Shown in pieces: positions 10,167 to 18,715 of a stretch of 64,000 nucleotides of DNA. The DNA comes from Escherichia phage ECCR664. Within the stretch, counting starts at the first letter, position 1. Each line of letters opens with the position of its first letter. The stretch lies in the sequence record OL631257.1. One strand, written 5' to 3'. A program made the position numbers and the translations under genes. Under the pieces are notes generated by a model. The model saw nothing but the letters and a program-made list of their open reading frames with translations, was not told the DNA's origin and searched no databases.

Positions 10167-11153
10167 TTATTTCAGTAAAGTTACTTCGGAGATTTCCTCC
10201 CAACCATCTTTATCAGTTGAAATAAAATCTGCTACATAAAGAGCCGTACGTAATGATACATTGCGAAGACGAGATACGTTAGCCTTCATCCAGGACAATG
10301 CTTTGTACGTTTCAGCATCAGTCAGACCACGTTTCTGCATCATGTCAGTAGATAATATTACATCTTCAACTCGAACCATAATCTCTTCATTAGAGTGTAC
10401 TCCAAGGTCGAGATACACTGAACGAGATACTAAAGCTTGAAGGTGTGGAGCAAGTTTCGAACCACGTTCTAACTCTTTATCGATATCAACGTTTGTAATG
10501 AAAACGATAGTACCTTCAAACTCAAATTCTTTATCAATACCCTTATCATCAAGATAAGATGACGCAGTGCTCCAACAAACTTTGCGTTTATCTCCGGTAT
10601 CTAATGCTGCTTTAAGAAGGTTCAAGATATCCATATCAGAGAATACATCAACATCGTCGATTAAGAGAACGCTGTCTGCATCACGGTTGAGCCAAAGTTG
10701 TTCGTAAAGGCCAATACCAGAGATTTTACCATTAATGCTTTTGTATTTGATGAAGCCATTATCATTAGCACTATTAAGTGCTTTATCCAGAGAATACGTC
10801 TTACCAATACCGGCTGCACCTGAAATAATGAGTGAACGAATTTTGCCATCGATAATGCCATTCGTCATCATGTTCATTACTTTAAAGCGTTTGTTGATGC
10901 GAGTTTTCATATCTTCAGTGCTTTCAACAACTGCAACTGGTGATGTCTCAACTCCTTCCATTACGATGTCTGATTTGAAGACCCATACTCCACGTTCAGA
11001 ACCATCAATCATAACGAAAATTTTACCATCACCTAAGTGGGAACATTCAGGATTAAGCTTTGCTGGGAACCAGGTCTTTGTGGCGACATAAGAACCAGAG
11101 ATTTCGTTATTACGATAGATACCTTTTGATTTGAACGTTGAACATTTTATTCT
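10167..11153 (-). CDS. P-loop NTPase (Walker A 'GAAGIGKT', Walker B 'LLIDDVD'), N-terminal frameshift near 11010-11040
   Basis: ORF 10167..11012 plus an upstream coding frame that starts 'MFNVQIK' at about 11153. Confidence 0.55.
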   Translation of the reverse strand, partial: RIKCSTFKSKGIYRNNEISGSYVATKTWFPAKLNPECSHLGDGKIFVMIDGSERGVWVFKSDIVMEGVETSPVAVVESTEDMKTRINKRFKVMNMMTNGIIDGKIRSLIISGAAGIGKTYSLDKALNSANDNGFIKYKSINGKISGIGLYEQLWLNRDADSVLLIDDVDVFSDMDILNLLKAALDTGDKRKVCWSTASSYLDDKGIDKEFEFEGTIVFITNVDIDKELERGSKLAPHLQALVSRSVYLDLGVHSNEEIMVRVEDVILSTDMMQKRGLTDAETYKALSWMKANVSRLRNVSLRTALYVADFISTDKDGWEEISEVTLLK

Positions 11154-11183
11154 CCAATTTACTCATTTCGTTTCGATAGGTCT

Positions 11184-11212
11184 ATAATAACATATCCTAA
11201 AAGCATGTACAC
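11184..11212 (-). promoter_or_regulatory. T4-type early promoter
   Basis: Minus strand GTGTAC, 17 nt, TATTAT upstream of the P-loop gene. Confidence 0.5.
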
Positions 11213-11223
11213 TACTTTTTAAA

Positions 11224-11247
11224 AATATTTTAACCCCTAAAGGGACC
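11224..11247 (-). terminator. hairpin terminator (UUCG tetraloop), family A copy 1
   Basis: 'gggacc cgaa ggtccc' stem-loop just downstream of 11263..11544; near-identical copy at 29648..29672. Confidence 0.45.
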
Positions 11248-11262
11248 CGAAGGTCCCCACAT

Positions 11263-11544
11263 TTACTTATCGCACTTAGCAACATAATTAGGCATATCAC
11301 AGAATACGGAGCGAGTAACTACTCGACCCTTTGACCATGCTTCAGTTGCTTGTCCGGCAGTGCTATTAATATAGCTTGATTTGATATTCTCAATACCCTG
11401 AGAATGTGATGCATTTACCGAACCGTTGGAAGGCCCAGAAGACTGGTTACCACCAGCTCCTGCACTACCGCTGGCTGCACCCGTGGTAGCACCAACAGAG
11501 AACGCCATCATTACTGCGAATAAACCAATTACTAATTTTTTCAT
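11263..11544 (-). CDS. secreted Gly/Ser-rich protein with N-terminal signal peptide
   Basis: 'MKKLVIGLFAVMMAFSVGA' signal-like N-terminus, then a low-complexity G/S/A region; 93 aa. Confidence 0.55.
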   Translation of the reverse strand: MKKLVIGLFAVMMAFSVGATTGAASGSAGAGGNQSSGPSNGSVNASHSQGIENIKSSYINSTAGQATEAWSKGRVVTRSVFCDMPNYVAKCDK

Positions 11545-11639
11545 ATTTACCTCAAGTGAATGGTTATTTATCTATTTATAGTAAGAATTATGATTTTCGA
11601 GATAGACTTGCTCAAGGAAATCATCCCAGAAACTCATAT

Positions 11640-12560
11640 CTACTTTTGTTGCATACCGTTCTTAGCGGCTTGTTCTGATGCTTGTTCAACTTGGTCAACG
11701 ATATCTTCTAGGAATTCTTGTACAGTTTTAAACGTATGTTTACCAAGCTTAACATCAAGAATAAATGGAGCATCCTGAAGCGGGTAAACCAGGTCACCGG
11801 TTTTGTAAATTTCCAATAATTGAAGTCCACCACGACATGCATGACTCAATGCTTTCCAGTCAATACCTTCGTTGGCTTCCGCCTTACGAGCACGTTCACC
11901 ATAGTTCTCTTCCAGTTTAACCAGGATGGCATTGAACTCTTTATTGGTTAACGTGTCTTGGAATTTACGGTCTAATAGATTATAGAATGTTTGCTTACCT
12001 GTTTTCTCGTTTTCGGTTTCAACCCATGAAGCAAATTCACCTACAGGCAGAACATTCTTCATATGTGATAAACGAATTACCGCACCATTATCAAAGTATT
12101 GTCCCCATTCATTAGAACGTTTAAGGGCTTGACGAAGAACAGCCAGTCGAGAACCCTTGACACCATATTTAGAAGCTTGCTTACGGACATACCCTAAATA
12201 AGATTTCATGTTAGTGGTATAGAAACGAGACCTGTTATCTTGAATATACTTCCATACATCAGGCAAATCAGATTTAACTACTAGACTTGGTGGGGTGTGA
12301 AGCATATCTAATGCGACGGTTTCACCATCTGCAGCTAGTTTAAAGAAATATTTGAGACTATACAACTCGTGGTCCACGTCGTCTTTTGTGTTCTTAGAAG
12401 CAGTGTTGTTAGTGTTCTTGCTCATGTGTTCTTTAACGTTACCGGTCAAGATATCACGAGCATGAGGGACATAAATTTCTTTAAAATCGACGTCAGATTC
12501 AGGAGTAGACGTTCCATAAAGGTGGCTACCAAAGTAGCCTTTCATAATTGTTTTCATCAT
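11640..12560 (-). CDS. Pol-beta-superfamily nucleotidyltransferase-fold protein
   Basis: 'FGSHLYGTSTPESDVDF' fits the hG[GS]x9-13 DxD NTase signature; a third acidic strand 'ETVALDMLH' follows; 306 aa. Confidence 0.5.
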   Translation of the reverse strand: MMKTIMKGYFGSHLYGTSTPESDVDFKEIYVPHARDILTGNVKEHMSKNTNNTASKNTKDDVDHELYSLKYFFKLAADGETVALDMLHTPPSLVVKSDLPDVWKYIQDNRSRFYTTNMKSYLGYVRKQASKYGVKGSRLAVLRQALKRSNEWGQYFDNGAVIRLSHMKNVLPVGEFASWVETENEKTGKQTFYNLLDRKFQDTLTNKEFNAILVKLEENYGERARKAEANEGIDWKALSHACRGGLQLLEIYKTGDLVYPLQDAPFILDVKLGKHTFKTVQEFLEDIVDQVEQASEQAAKNGMQQK

Positions 12561-13030
12561 TTAGCCTTATATTCAAGAGTAGGACAGACTTTTTCTTTAC
12601 GAGCTTTAAGGTATTCACCTATTAATGATTTCTTACGTTCAATAGGCTCAAGTCCATTTTTAATTCGTTCTTGGTTTTGTGCAATGAGCTCAATTTCTTT
12701 ATAATATTTTCTGTCGTTATATTTGTCTAATAACCAAGATGGACCAATTACCGCCCCGACAGCAATAAGAACCATTACTGATATTGTTAAAATGCCTATA
12801 CCAATTGAAGCAGGAACTAATGTCCATAAACTACTAAAGACAAAGAATTTAGTTAAAATTTCTTGGCCAATGATTGCGGCACCTGCTAAAGTTGCAAATC
12901 CAACAATTGAAACAGCCAATACCGGAATAAACGTTTTCCAAAAATAAGCACATAATGTTTTCGGACGATTCCACGTACTATTGAACGTGGCATAAATTTT
13001 AAAGTGCCAAGAGTTTTCATTGATAATCAT
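12557..13030 (-). CDS. membrane protein (2-3 TM) with basic cytoplasmic tail; translationally coupled to the downstream NTase gene
   Basis: Hydrophobic segments 'FIPVLAVSIVGFATLAGAAIIG' and 'LVPASIGIGILTISVMVLIAVGAVIG'; stop overlaps the NTase start (ATGA). Confidence 0.5.
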   Translation of the reverse strand: MIINENSWHFKIYATFNSTWNRPKTLCAYFWKTFIPVLAVSIVGFATLAGAAIIGQEILTKFFVFSSLWTLVPASIGIGILTISVMVLIAVGAVIGPSWLLDKYNDRKYYKEIELIAQNQERIKNGLEPIERKKSLIGEYLKARKEKVCPTLEYKAK

Positions 13031-13049
13031 AATAATTCCTTATTTCAAA

Positions 13050-13581
13050 GTCGGGATAATAGAATCGAGATAAGCTTTAAGAGCAACTGCTTCATCTTTG
13101 TCTAATGTAATGATATGTTGACGAAGGTCATCAATTTGGCGAATAACTACAACATCACCGTCTTCATAAGAAGGATTAACGCTCAGGACTGTTGTATAGT
13201 CAGGGTTGTCCTGATTTGTAATAAAAGCATTACGACATTTAGCCCATTGAAGTTTGGCCTTTTGGCTGTTTCAGATTCCATGAATTCTTTCACTTTAGCG
13301 ACGAATGTTTTCCAATTATTAATAGAAAAACATTCGTCTTCTGTTTCGATATTAACCCCACTATAAAGTCCGTGATAAAAACGAACTTGAAGGTCTTCAT
13401 CAATGTTAATTACAGATGCATGGCCTGGTGGATTGAGTTTCAAAATCTTGTCCAGTTCCATAGGAAGAATAGTAACAGCATCATCTTCTTGCGTCAGAAC
13501 GTAAGCATAACCGCGTTTTTCAATACATAAATCACCGAACAACTCTGTTGTTTCAATTACAGTTTTCATATTATTCACCAA
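13050..13581 (-). CDS. hypothetical protein (frameshift about 13260)
   Basis: ORF 13183..13581 plus a continuing frame to about 13050. Confidence 0.4.
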
Positions 13582-13756
13582 TTAAAGTTTCAACAAAATT
13601 CACCAAAGCATTCTGGCAAGCGTCAACCTGATTTTCATAAAAGTCTACGTTATCATTTACCGCATGATAAGCTACATCATTCAAATCTGAATCGGCTTCA
13701 CGTAAGTCATGGATAAGGTCCATCAATTTATTAGCTTGTTCACGGGTCATTTTACC
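13577..13756 (-). CDS. small hypothetical protein (59 aa, acidic)
   Basis: 'MTREQANKLMDLIHDLREADSDLNDVAYHAVNDNVDFYENQVDACQNALVNFVETLIGE'. Confidence 0.35.
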
Positions 13757-13885
13757 ATACTCGTTTCAATAAGATTCACTATGCCGTTTACCATGTTATA
13801 AGTAAACATCGGATAATTGTATTGTACTACAACATAAGCGATAAGCAAAAGTTTCATTTTGTTCTCCGTTCGTTTTGATAGGACT

Positions 13886-13915
13886 ACTATAACATAGTCC
13901 TATCAAGTTGTAAAC
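13886..13915 (-). promoter_or_regulatory. T4-type early promoter
   Basis: Minus strand GTTTAC, 17-18 nt, TATAGT inside the conserved 'gataggactactataacatagtcctatc' element. Confidence 0.5.
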
Positions 13916-14151
13916 TACCGATTGTGTTTTAAATGTTGATAAAGTTCTTCAACTTGTTTAGGGTCCAAAACAATTAAGTCATTTTCTTGACGAAGATAAA
14001 TCCATCCCTTATCCCCAGGGCCATTTTTACAAAACATCACCGTCGTCATATCGTCATCTTCAGCGCTTTCAGGTAAAAGTTCAAGTACACCGTCTTCAGA
14101 TTTTCCAGTATAATCGTAAAGCATAATATCCTCACATAATCTCGTTAACAT
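13915..14151 (-). CDS. hypothetical protein (78 aa)
   Basis: ORF. Confidence 0.4.
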   Translation of the reverse strand: MLTRLCEDIMLYDYTGKSEDGVLELLPESAEDDDMTTVMFCKNGPGDKGWIYLRQENDLIVLDPKQVEELYQHLKHNR

Positions 14152-14389
14152 ACATTTGCAATTCGGTGTGCGTATCAGCCATCTTTTTCATAGCTCTGTT
14201 AATGTCGATGTCTCCATCTTCGCAACCATGAGCATTTTCCCAATCAGATACCGCATTAGCGTACTCTTCAATCAAAAACATTAACTTAGAAATTTTTTCT
14301 TTACGTGTCATAATGTTCTCCTCTAGTAAGTAAAGACTACTATAACACAACCTGAGGAAAAGTAAACTGCTAAATGCCAAAAGCCCCAA
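14132..14389 (-). CDS. hypothetical protein (85 aa; true start possibly internal)
   Basis: ORF. Confidence 0.4.
   Translation of the reverse strand: MGLLAFSSLLFLRLCYSSLYLLEENIMTRKEKISKLMFLIEEYANAVSDWENAHGCEDGDIDINRAMKKMADTHTELQMYVNEIM
14339..14367 (-). promoter_or_regulatory. T4-type early promoter
   Basis: Minus strand GTTTAC, 17 nt, TATAGT. Confidence 0.5.
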
Positions 14390-14405
14390 CCTTTCGGAAG
14401 GGGCT
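14376..14405 (-). terminator. rho-independent terminator, family B copy 1
   Basis: 'agcccc aacctttcggaa ggggct' hairpin followed by a U-run on the minus strand, downstream of rI; identical copy at 30340..30366. Confidence 0.55.
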
Positions 14406-14411
14406 ATTAAA

Positions 14412-14713
14412 TTAGATAGATGTAGGCTCTAATTTTATTTTCATGAACTCAGCAAATTGTCTGGCGGTTTTTATGCCTTGTTCATGACATTCAAATGCAT
14501 CATCACAGGGACTATTTTTGTAATGCTTTGCCATATACTTATAGAATTTTTCAGAATTCTCGACATTTTGAATTTCAAACAAAGTATATACGTTTTTAAT
14601 CCCTGATTCCATAAAGTTATCAAAATATGGGTCGATATGTGCAGTACCAACGATAGGAGTTGTTGCTGCAAAAACCCCAGCATCGCTATGACAGCTATCG
14701 CTCTTAAGGCCAT
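14412..14713 (-). CDS. rI: lysis inhibition regulator RI (membrane/periplasmic antiholin-type), frameshifted
   Basis: 'MALRAIAVIAMLGF' then frame change into 'AATTPIVGTAHIDPYFDNFMESGIKNVYTLFEIQN...KIKLEPTSI'; matches T4 RI. Confidence 0.85.
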
Positions 14714-14725
14714 ATAGGCCTCCTG

Positions 14726-14938
14726 TTAATTTTGGCCAGTATTTATTTTTCGCCTTTGGACGGCCTTAACATCTGTGAGGTATTTTTCCAGCTTGCGCTT
14801 GCGTGTATAATCAGCTTTAGAACCAGTTTGACGGATATCCTCATTTAAATGAGAAATAGAATGTCCTAATTCTCTTCGGATTTCATCCAATTGGGTTACA
14901 GTAAGATTACGAAGTTGTCTTTCGTTTAATTGCTGCAT
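14726..14938 (-). CDS. hypothetical protein (70 aa), rI.1 position
   Basis: ORF between rI and tk. Confidence 0.45.
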   Translation of the reverse strand: MQQLNERQLRNLTVTQLDEIRRELGHSISHLNEDIRQTGSKADYTRKRKLEKYLTDVKAVQRRKINTGQN

Positions 14939-14965
14939 ATATACCTCTTGGTTAGATATTAGTAT

Positions 14966-15545
14966 TTATAACAACCCTGTCAAATCATTCCAATGCTTCC
15001 GGCATAATGACACGTATCTATCAGTATCACCAATTTCAATTTGACTGCCATCTGTAATTGGAAGTCCGTCTTCCGTGACTCTAGCTACCATTGTGGCCTT
15101 TTACCACAATGACAGACACCTTTAAGTTCAACAAGCTTATCGGCAATAGCCATTAATGCTTGAGAACCTTCAAATAGATTACCTTTAAAATCTGTTCGTA
15201 GTCCATATGCCATTACTGGCACATTGTATACGTCAACAATACGACTAAGTTGATACACCTTTTCAGTAGTTAAGAACTGAGCTTCGTCAACAAATACACA
15301 ATGAATATCCTTTGTGCTGCAGCCCATTTATAGAATTCAAAGATGTCCATGTCTTTTGTAATTATATTGGCATCCTGACGAATACCAATACGAGAGACTA
15401 TTTCACCTTTTGAATCACGAGTATCAATAGCCGGTTTAAGAACTAATACACCCATGCCACGTTCTTTATAGTTATGTGCGGCAGTAAGTAATGAAGCAGA
15501 CTTACCAGCATTCATAGCGGCATATGTAAAAATTAAACTAGCCAT
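14966..15545 (-). CDS. tk: thymidine kinase, frameshifted (at least 2 indels)
   Basis: P-loop '[22 protein letters not shown]', 'VFVDEAQFL', C-terminal 'CHCGKK..' Zn motif across ORFs 15270..15545 and 15085..15327 and a third frame. Confidence 0.9.
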
Positions 15546-15554
15546 AAGAGTCCC

Positions 15555-15737
15555 TTATAGTGAATTCACGTAGTCAATGAGTTCTTGTTCTTTCCTGTCA
15601 AATGATTCCATCAATGCGTGATATTCTTCGTCCGTCAAAGGAGCATATTCATCGTACGCATTGGTGGCTGCTTGTTCATCCAATAGGTCATGGATAAGTT
15701 CGAACAGTTTAGCTTTCTCTTCTTTAGTCAATTTCAT
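15555..15737 (-). CDS. hypothetical protein (60 aa)
   Basis: ORF. Confidence 0.4.
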   Translation of the reverse strand: MKLTKEEKAKLFELIHDLLDEQAATNAYDEYAPLTDEEYHALMESFDRKEQELIDYVNSL

Positions 15738-15946
15738 TTAGGTTCACCTTCTTTAACGAAATCTGGGTAAGGGTAAAATCCTGAGTAAAACCCTTCACCT
15801 TTATGATTACTACAACCTTTGTTCGAACAGTAACACCAATAATCAAAATCACAAGCCATTTCGTCATTGCATAAAGCAAAAACTACAGGCCATTCGCATT
15901 TTTCGCATTTAGCGCCTGTAAGAATTTTTGTTTGGCTCATAACCAT
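15734..15946 (-). CDS. small Cys-rich protein (70 aa, 8 Cys)
   Basis: 'CEKCEW...CNDEMACDFDYWCYCSNKGC'. Confidence 0.4.
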   Translation of the reverse strand: MVMSQTKILTGAKCEKCEWPVVFALCNDEMACDFDYWCYCSNKGCSNHKGEGFYSGFYPYPDFVKEGEPK

Positions 15947-16164
15947 GTCACCTTTAAGCAGTATTCTTCTACATGCTGTTTACGACCTTTCTTATCAATA
16001 AAGGTATATTCAACGAATGTTCCAATGTAGTCTTTATCTACATCATGTGGACTATTAATTGGACATTTAGTACGACAAATGCGTTCCCATTGACGAATAA
16101 TTACTGCCTTATTCTTTGGGTCGTATGGATGTGGATAATGTATATTCATAATAATGGTTCCCAA
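15937..16164 (-). CDS. hypothetical protein (75 aa)
   Basis: ORF. Confidence 0.4.
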   Translation of the reverse strand: MGTIIMNIHYPHPYDPKNKAVIIRQWERICRTKCPINSPHDVDKDYIGTFVEYTFIDKKGRKQHVEEYCLKVTWL

Positions 16165-16643
16165 TCAACAATCACAATTTCTAGTTTAGTGGAATACGTA
16201 TCTAAAATCTCTTCGATGATATCCCAGTTTCCGCCACCGATACCAGCACCAATTCTTGGCATATAAATTAAAGGCTTTGTTATCTTATTCTTTCCGAATT
16301 TATTTAATTCTATTATACAATTCATTAAAGCAGAGTACTCAAAATTAGGTCCAGGCTCAAACTGTGTATAAAGATTAAAGCAATAAGCTTTATGGGTCTT
16401 AAAATATTTTTCATAAACCGAATAAGTCCCGAGTTTAGATTCGTCTCCGAATTCGGTTTGAAGTTTATCGGCTTCCAGAATTTTTGGATAAGCCTTTGCT
16501 AATTGACCTGCTACACCAGCGCCCATTGTATGAAAACAATTGCACCCATGAGCAATATTATTACCTTTAGAAAACAGGGCGACAATATCGCCCTTGATAT
16601 AGTTTTTAATCACTTGCTGCAAGTCCTCTAGTATAAGAGTCAA
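16146..16643 (-). CDS. macrodomain-like protein (putative ADP-ribose binding/processing)
   Basis: 'IAHGCNCFHTMGAGVAGQLAKAYP' resembles the macro 'NAANxxLxxGGGVxxAI' motif; 'PRIGAGIGGGNWD' resembles the distal GxGxxG phosphate loop; 165 aa. Confidence 0.5.
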   Translation of the reverse strand: MTLILEDLQQVIKNYIKGDIVALFSKGNNIAHGCNCFHTMGAGVAGQLAKAYPKILEADKLQTEFGDESKLGTYSVYEKYFKTHKAYCFNLYTQFEPGPNFEYSALMNCIIELNKFGKNKITKPLIYMPRIGAGIGGGNWDIIEEILDTYSTKLEIVIVDWEPLL

Positions 16644-16953
16644 CTAGACGGTCCACCATAGAATTGCATGCTGCCTTATCTTTAGGTTCCGCCACCGAGC
16701 ATTCTAATATTTGCCATTTTTTATAGTATCTTTTAATTAAGGTAGACGCCTTGAACCTACTAGACGCCCCATCTTTTTCTCCGTCTTTATACGCATATAA
16801 CAATTTTTGTGAAAAATCTACTTTACACTCTTGACTTTTACCACAATAATCAGACGCCGTTCTGTTTGTATACTCCGTTACATCAGTATATGTAGTATTA
16901 GCAAGAGCGTTAAATGAAACCAAGCCAACTATTAAAGCTAACATTTTGGTCAT
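16606..16953 (-). CDS. predicted periplasmic protein with signal peptide (115 aa)
   Basis: 'MTKMLALIVGLVSFNALA' signal-like N-terminus. Confidence 0.45.
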   Translation of the reverse strand: MTKMLALIVGLVSFNALANTTYTDVTEYTNRTASDYCGKSQECKVDFSQKLLYAYKDGEKDGASSRFKASTLIKRYYKKWQILECSVAEPKDKAACNSMVDRLVDSYTRGLAASD

Positions 16954-17492
16954 TCTTTTATTTCCAGTAGTTTATTTGATTTAAGGTAATTAGCCTTTTC
17001 TAGGACTTCAGAAGCATATTTACTTCCAGCACTTGTCTTCCATCCCGCATTATATGAGGATATAGCTTTTCTTATATCCCCGTTATGTATATTTAACCAA
17101 TAAGAAAATTCGATATAAGCCCATCTGGCTGAATTAGACCGCTTAGATAGCATTTTCTTAATTTGGGCATCAGTCATATTATAACCAAGCTGGTTAATTC
17201 TTGCCCTCATTGTTGGTAGATAGTTTTGGAACATTCCATACGCATGGTGACCTTTCTTATCTTTAAGATTAATACCTGCGGATGATTCTTGCCATAGTAT
17301 TGCGGCCATTATGTATCCAAGTCCTTTCTTATGCATATTTTCATGCGTTTTAAATTTTCCGTCCTTAGAAAACTGTTCCCCAAACTGATAAGCATAATTC
17401 AAGTTATCGAGTTGGACATTACTAAAAGTATGCTCGGAGCTATGTGCTGATAACGAAAGAGCAAATAGACCAGCGAGTAGTGCTTTTCTCAT
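16950..17492 (-). CDS. secreted lytic transglycosylase-like protein (SLT-like)
   Basis: Signal peptide 'MRKALLAGLFALSLSA'; 'WQESSAG...YGMFQ' resembles the SLT catalytic 'ES...GLMQ' motif. Confidence 0.45.
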   Translation of the reverse strand: MRKALLAGLFALSLSAHSSEHTFSNVQLDNLNYAYQFGEQFSKDGKFKTHENMHKKGLGYIMAAILWQESSAGINLKDKKGHHAYGMFQNYLPTMRARINQLGYNMTDAQIKKMLSKRSNSARWAYIEFSYWLNIHNGDIRKAISSYNAGWKTSAGSKYASEVLEKANYLKSNKLLEIKE

Positions 17493-17500
17493 GTTTACCT

Positions 17501-17957
17501 CTAGATTTTAATCACTGCTTTAGAAGCTTTTCCTGGTAGTCGTTTACTGTTAATAATAGCCATTCTGCATTGAAGAGTCTTCATTTTGAATGCTGGATTT
17601 TCGCGACAGACTGTAAGTCCTAACCAAAGATTTCCGTCAGTTATTTCTAAACGGCCTGGGCGATATTCGACACCTTCGACAAAATCTTCATCAACATCTG
17701 GACGTGCCGGCATTGATAAAAATTCTGCAACTTCTTTAACATGATTTTTACTTTATGAAATAATTCAAAACGTAATTCTCATCTATTTCTCTCTGGATGG
17801 CACGATCTAAGAGATGTTGAGAATACTTGATATGAAAGCCTGGTAGTCCAAGAGACTTTGCAGCATCTTTTATACCGGCATTTATTTTGCGGAACTCCGT
17901 TTCAAAGATTCGACGGAGTTTATTACGGCGGATAAAAACGTCAGAATTGATAGTCAT
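17501..17957 (-). CDS. regB: endoribonuclease RegB, frameshifted
   Basis: ORFs 17748..17957 ('MTINSDVFIRRNKLRR...HLLDRAIQREIDE') and 17501..17713 ('...GVEYRPGRLEITDGNLW...CRMAIINSKRLPGKASKAVIK') match T4 RegB. Confidence 0.85.
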
Positions 17958-17986
17958 TTTTGATTTCTCCTCTAGTTGACAGGTCT

Positions 17987-18015
17987 ATAGTAACACATCT
18001 AGAGGAGAAGTAAAC
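17987..18015 (-). promoter_or_regulatory. T4-type early promoter
   Basis: Minus strand GTTTAC, 17 nt, TACTAT upstream of regB. Confidence 0.5.
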
Positions 18016-18019
18016 TACT

Positions 18020-18235
18020 TTATTGATAAAATGGAGTTAAAGCCCAAGATTCTTTAGATACCATATTGGCGAAATGCCTCATCTCTTCGATTTGGCGACG
18101 ACGCTGGTCAGCATAGTCTTCTTCACCTTCTTCCTTACAATCTTCAAGGTCTTCTTCAAGATACTTTAAGTATTCACTACAAATTTTGTTGACCTTTTCT
18201 TGAAAGTCCAATAACCCGGTAATAGTAGAAGCCAT
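18020..18235 (-). CDS. hypothetical protein (71 aa, acidic)
   Basis: ORF. Confidence 0.4.
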   Translation of the reverse strand: MASTITGLLDFQEKVNKICSEYLKYLEEDLEDCKEEGEEDYADQRRRQIEEMRHFANMVSKESWALTPFYQ

Positions 18236-18501
18236 TAGTATTTTTCCTCAGGTCGAAATACTGCACGACATGCCCACATACTGGCTTCTTTTAGATGTTG
18301 CTTAGCATACTTAAGAGCCTGCACTGCATCCATATCTTCTTTGGTTTGTTGCTCTGATTCATTTTCTTTCAAGATATATGCTTCTTCAATCAGAGCATCA
18401 AACATCAATCCAAGACGGACTTCGGCGTCTTTAATAGCGTTCACTTTACTGATTTTATCATCGGTATGCGGCTTGTAGCCTTTGATGTCTTCAATCGACA
18501 T
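18235..18501 (-). CDS. hypothetical protein (about 88 aa; start at 'MSIEDIKG')
   Basis: ORF 18235..18669, probable internal start overlapping the upstream stop. Confidence 0.4.
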   Translation of the reverse strand: MSIEDIKGYKPHTDDKISKVNAIKDAEVRLGLMFDALIEEAYILKENESEQQTKEDMDAVQALKYAKQHLKEASMWACRAVFRPEEKY

Positions 18502-18715
18502 AAGGAATTTCCTCATCGGTGGCAAGGTCATATTCGACCAATTGGATAGGCTCATTAATACCATATCCACGTACAGTGATATCGGTTGACGGATATTTTC
18601 CAGTAATATCACCCGTTCTAAATGCTTCAATGAATGATTGCTCGCCTGAGCAACTAAACCAGGCGGCAAAACATTTTAAAACATCTTCAGACCCTTCTAT
18701 AATCAATTTAGCCAT
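18491..18715 (-). CDS. hypothetical protein (74 aa)
   Basis: ORF. Confidence 0.4.
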   Translation of the reverse strand: MAKLIIEGSEDVLKCFAAWFSCSGEQSFIEAFRTGDITGKYPSTDITVRGYGINEPIQLVEYDLATDEEIPYVD

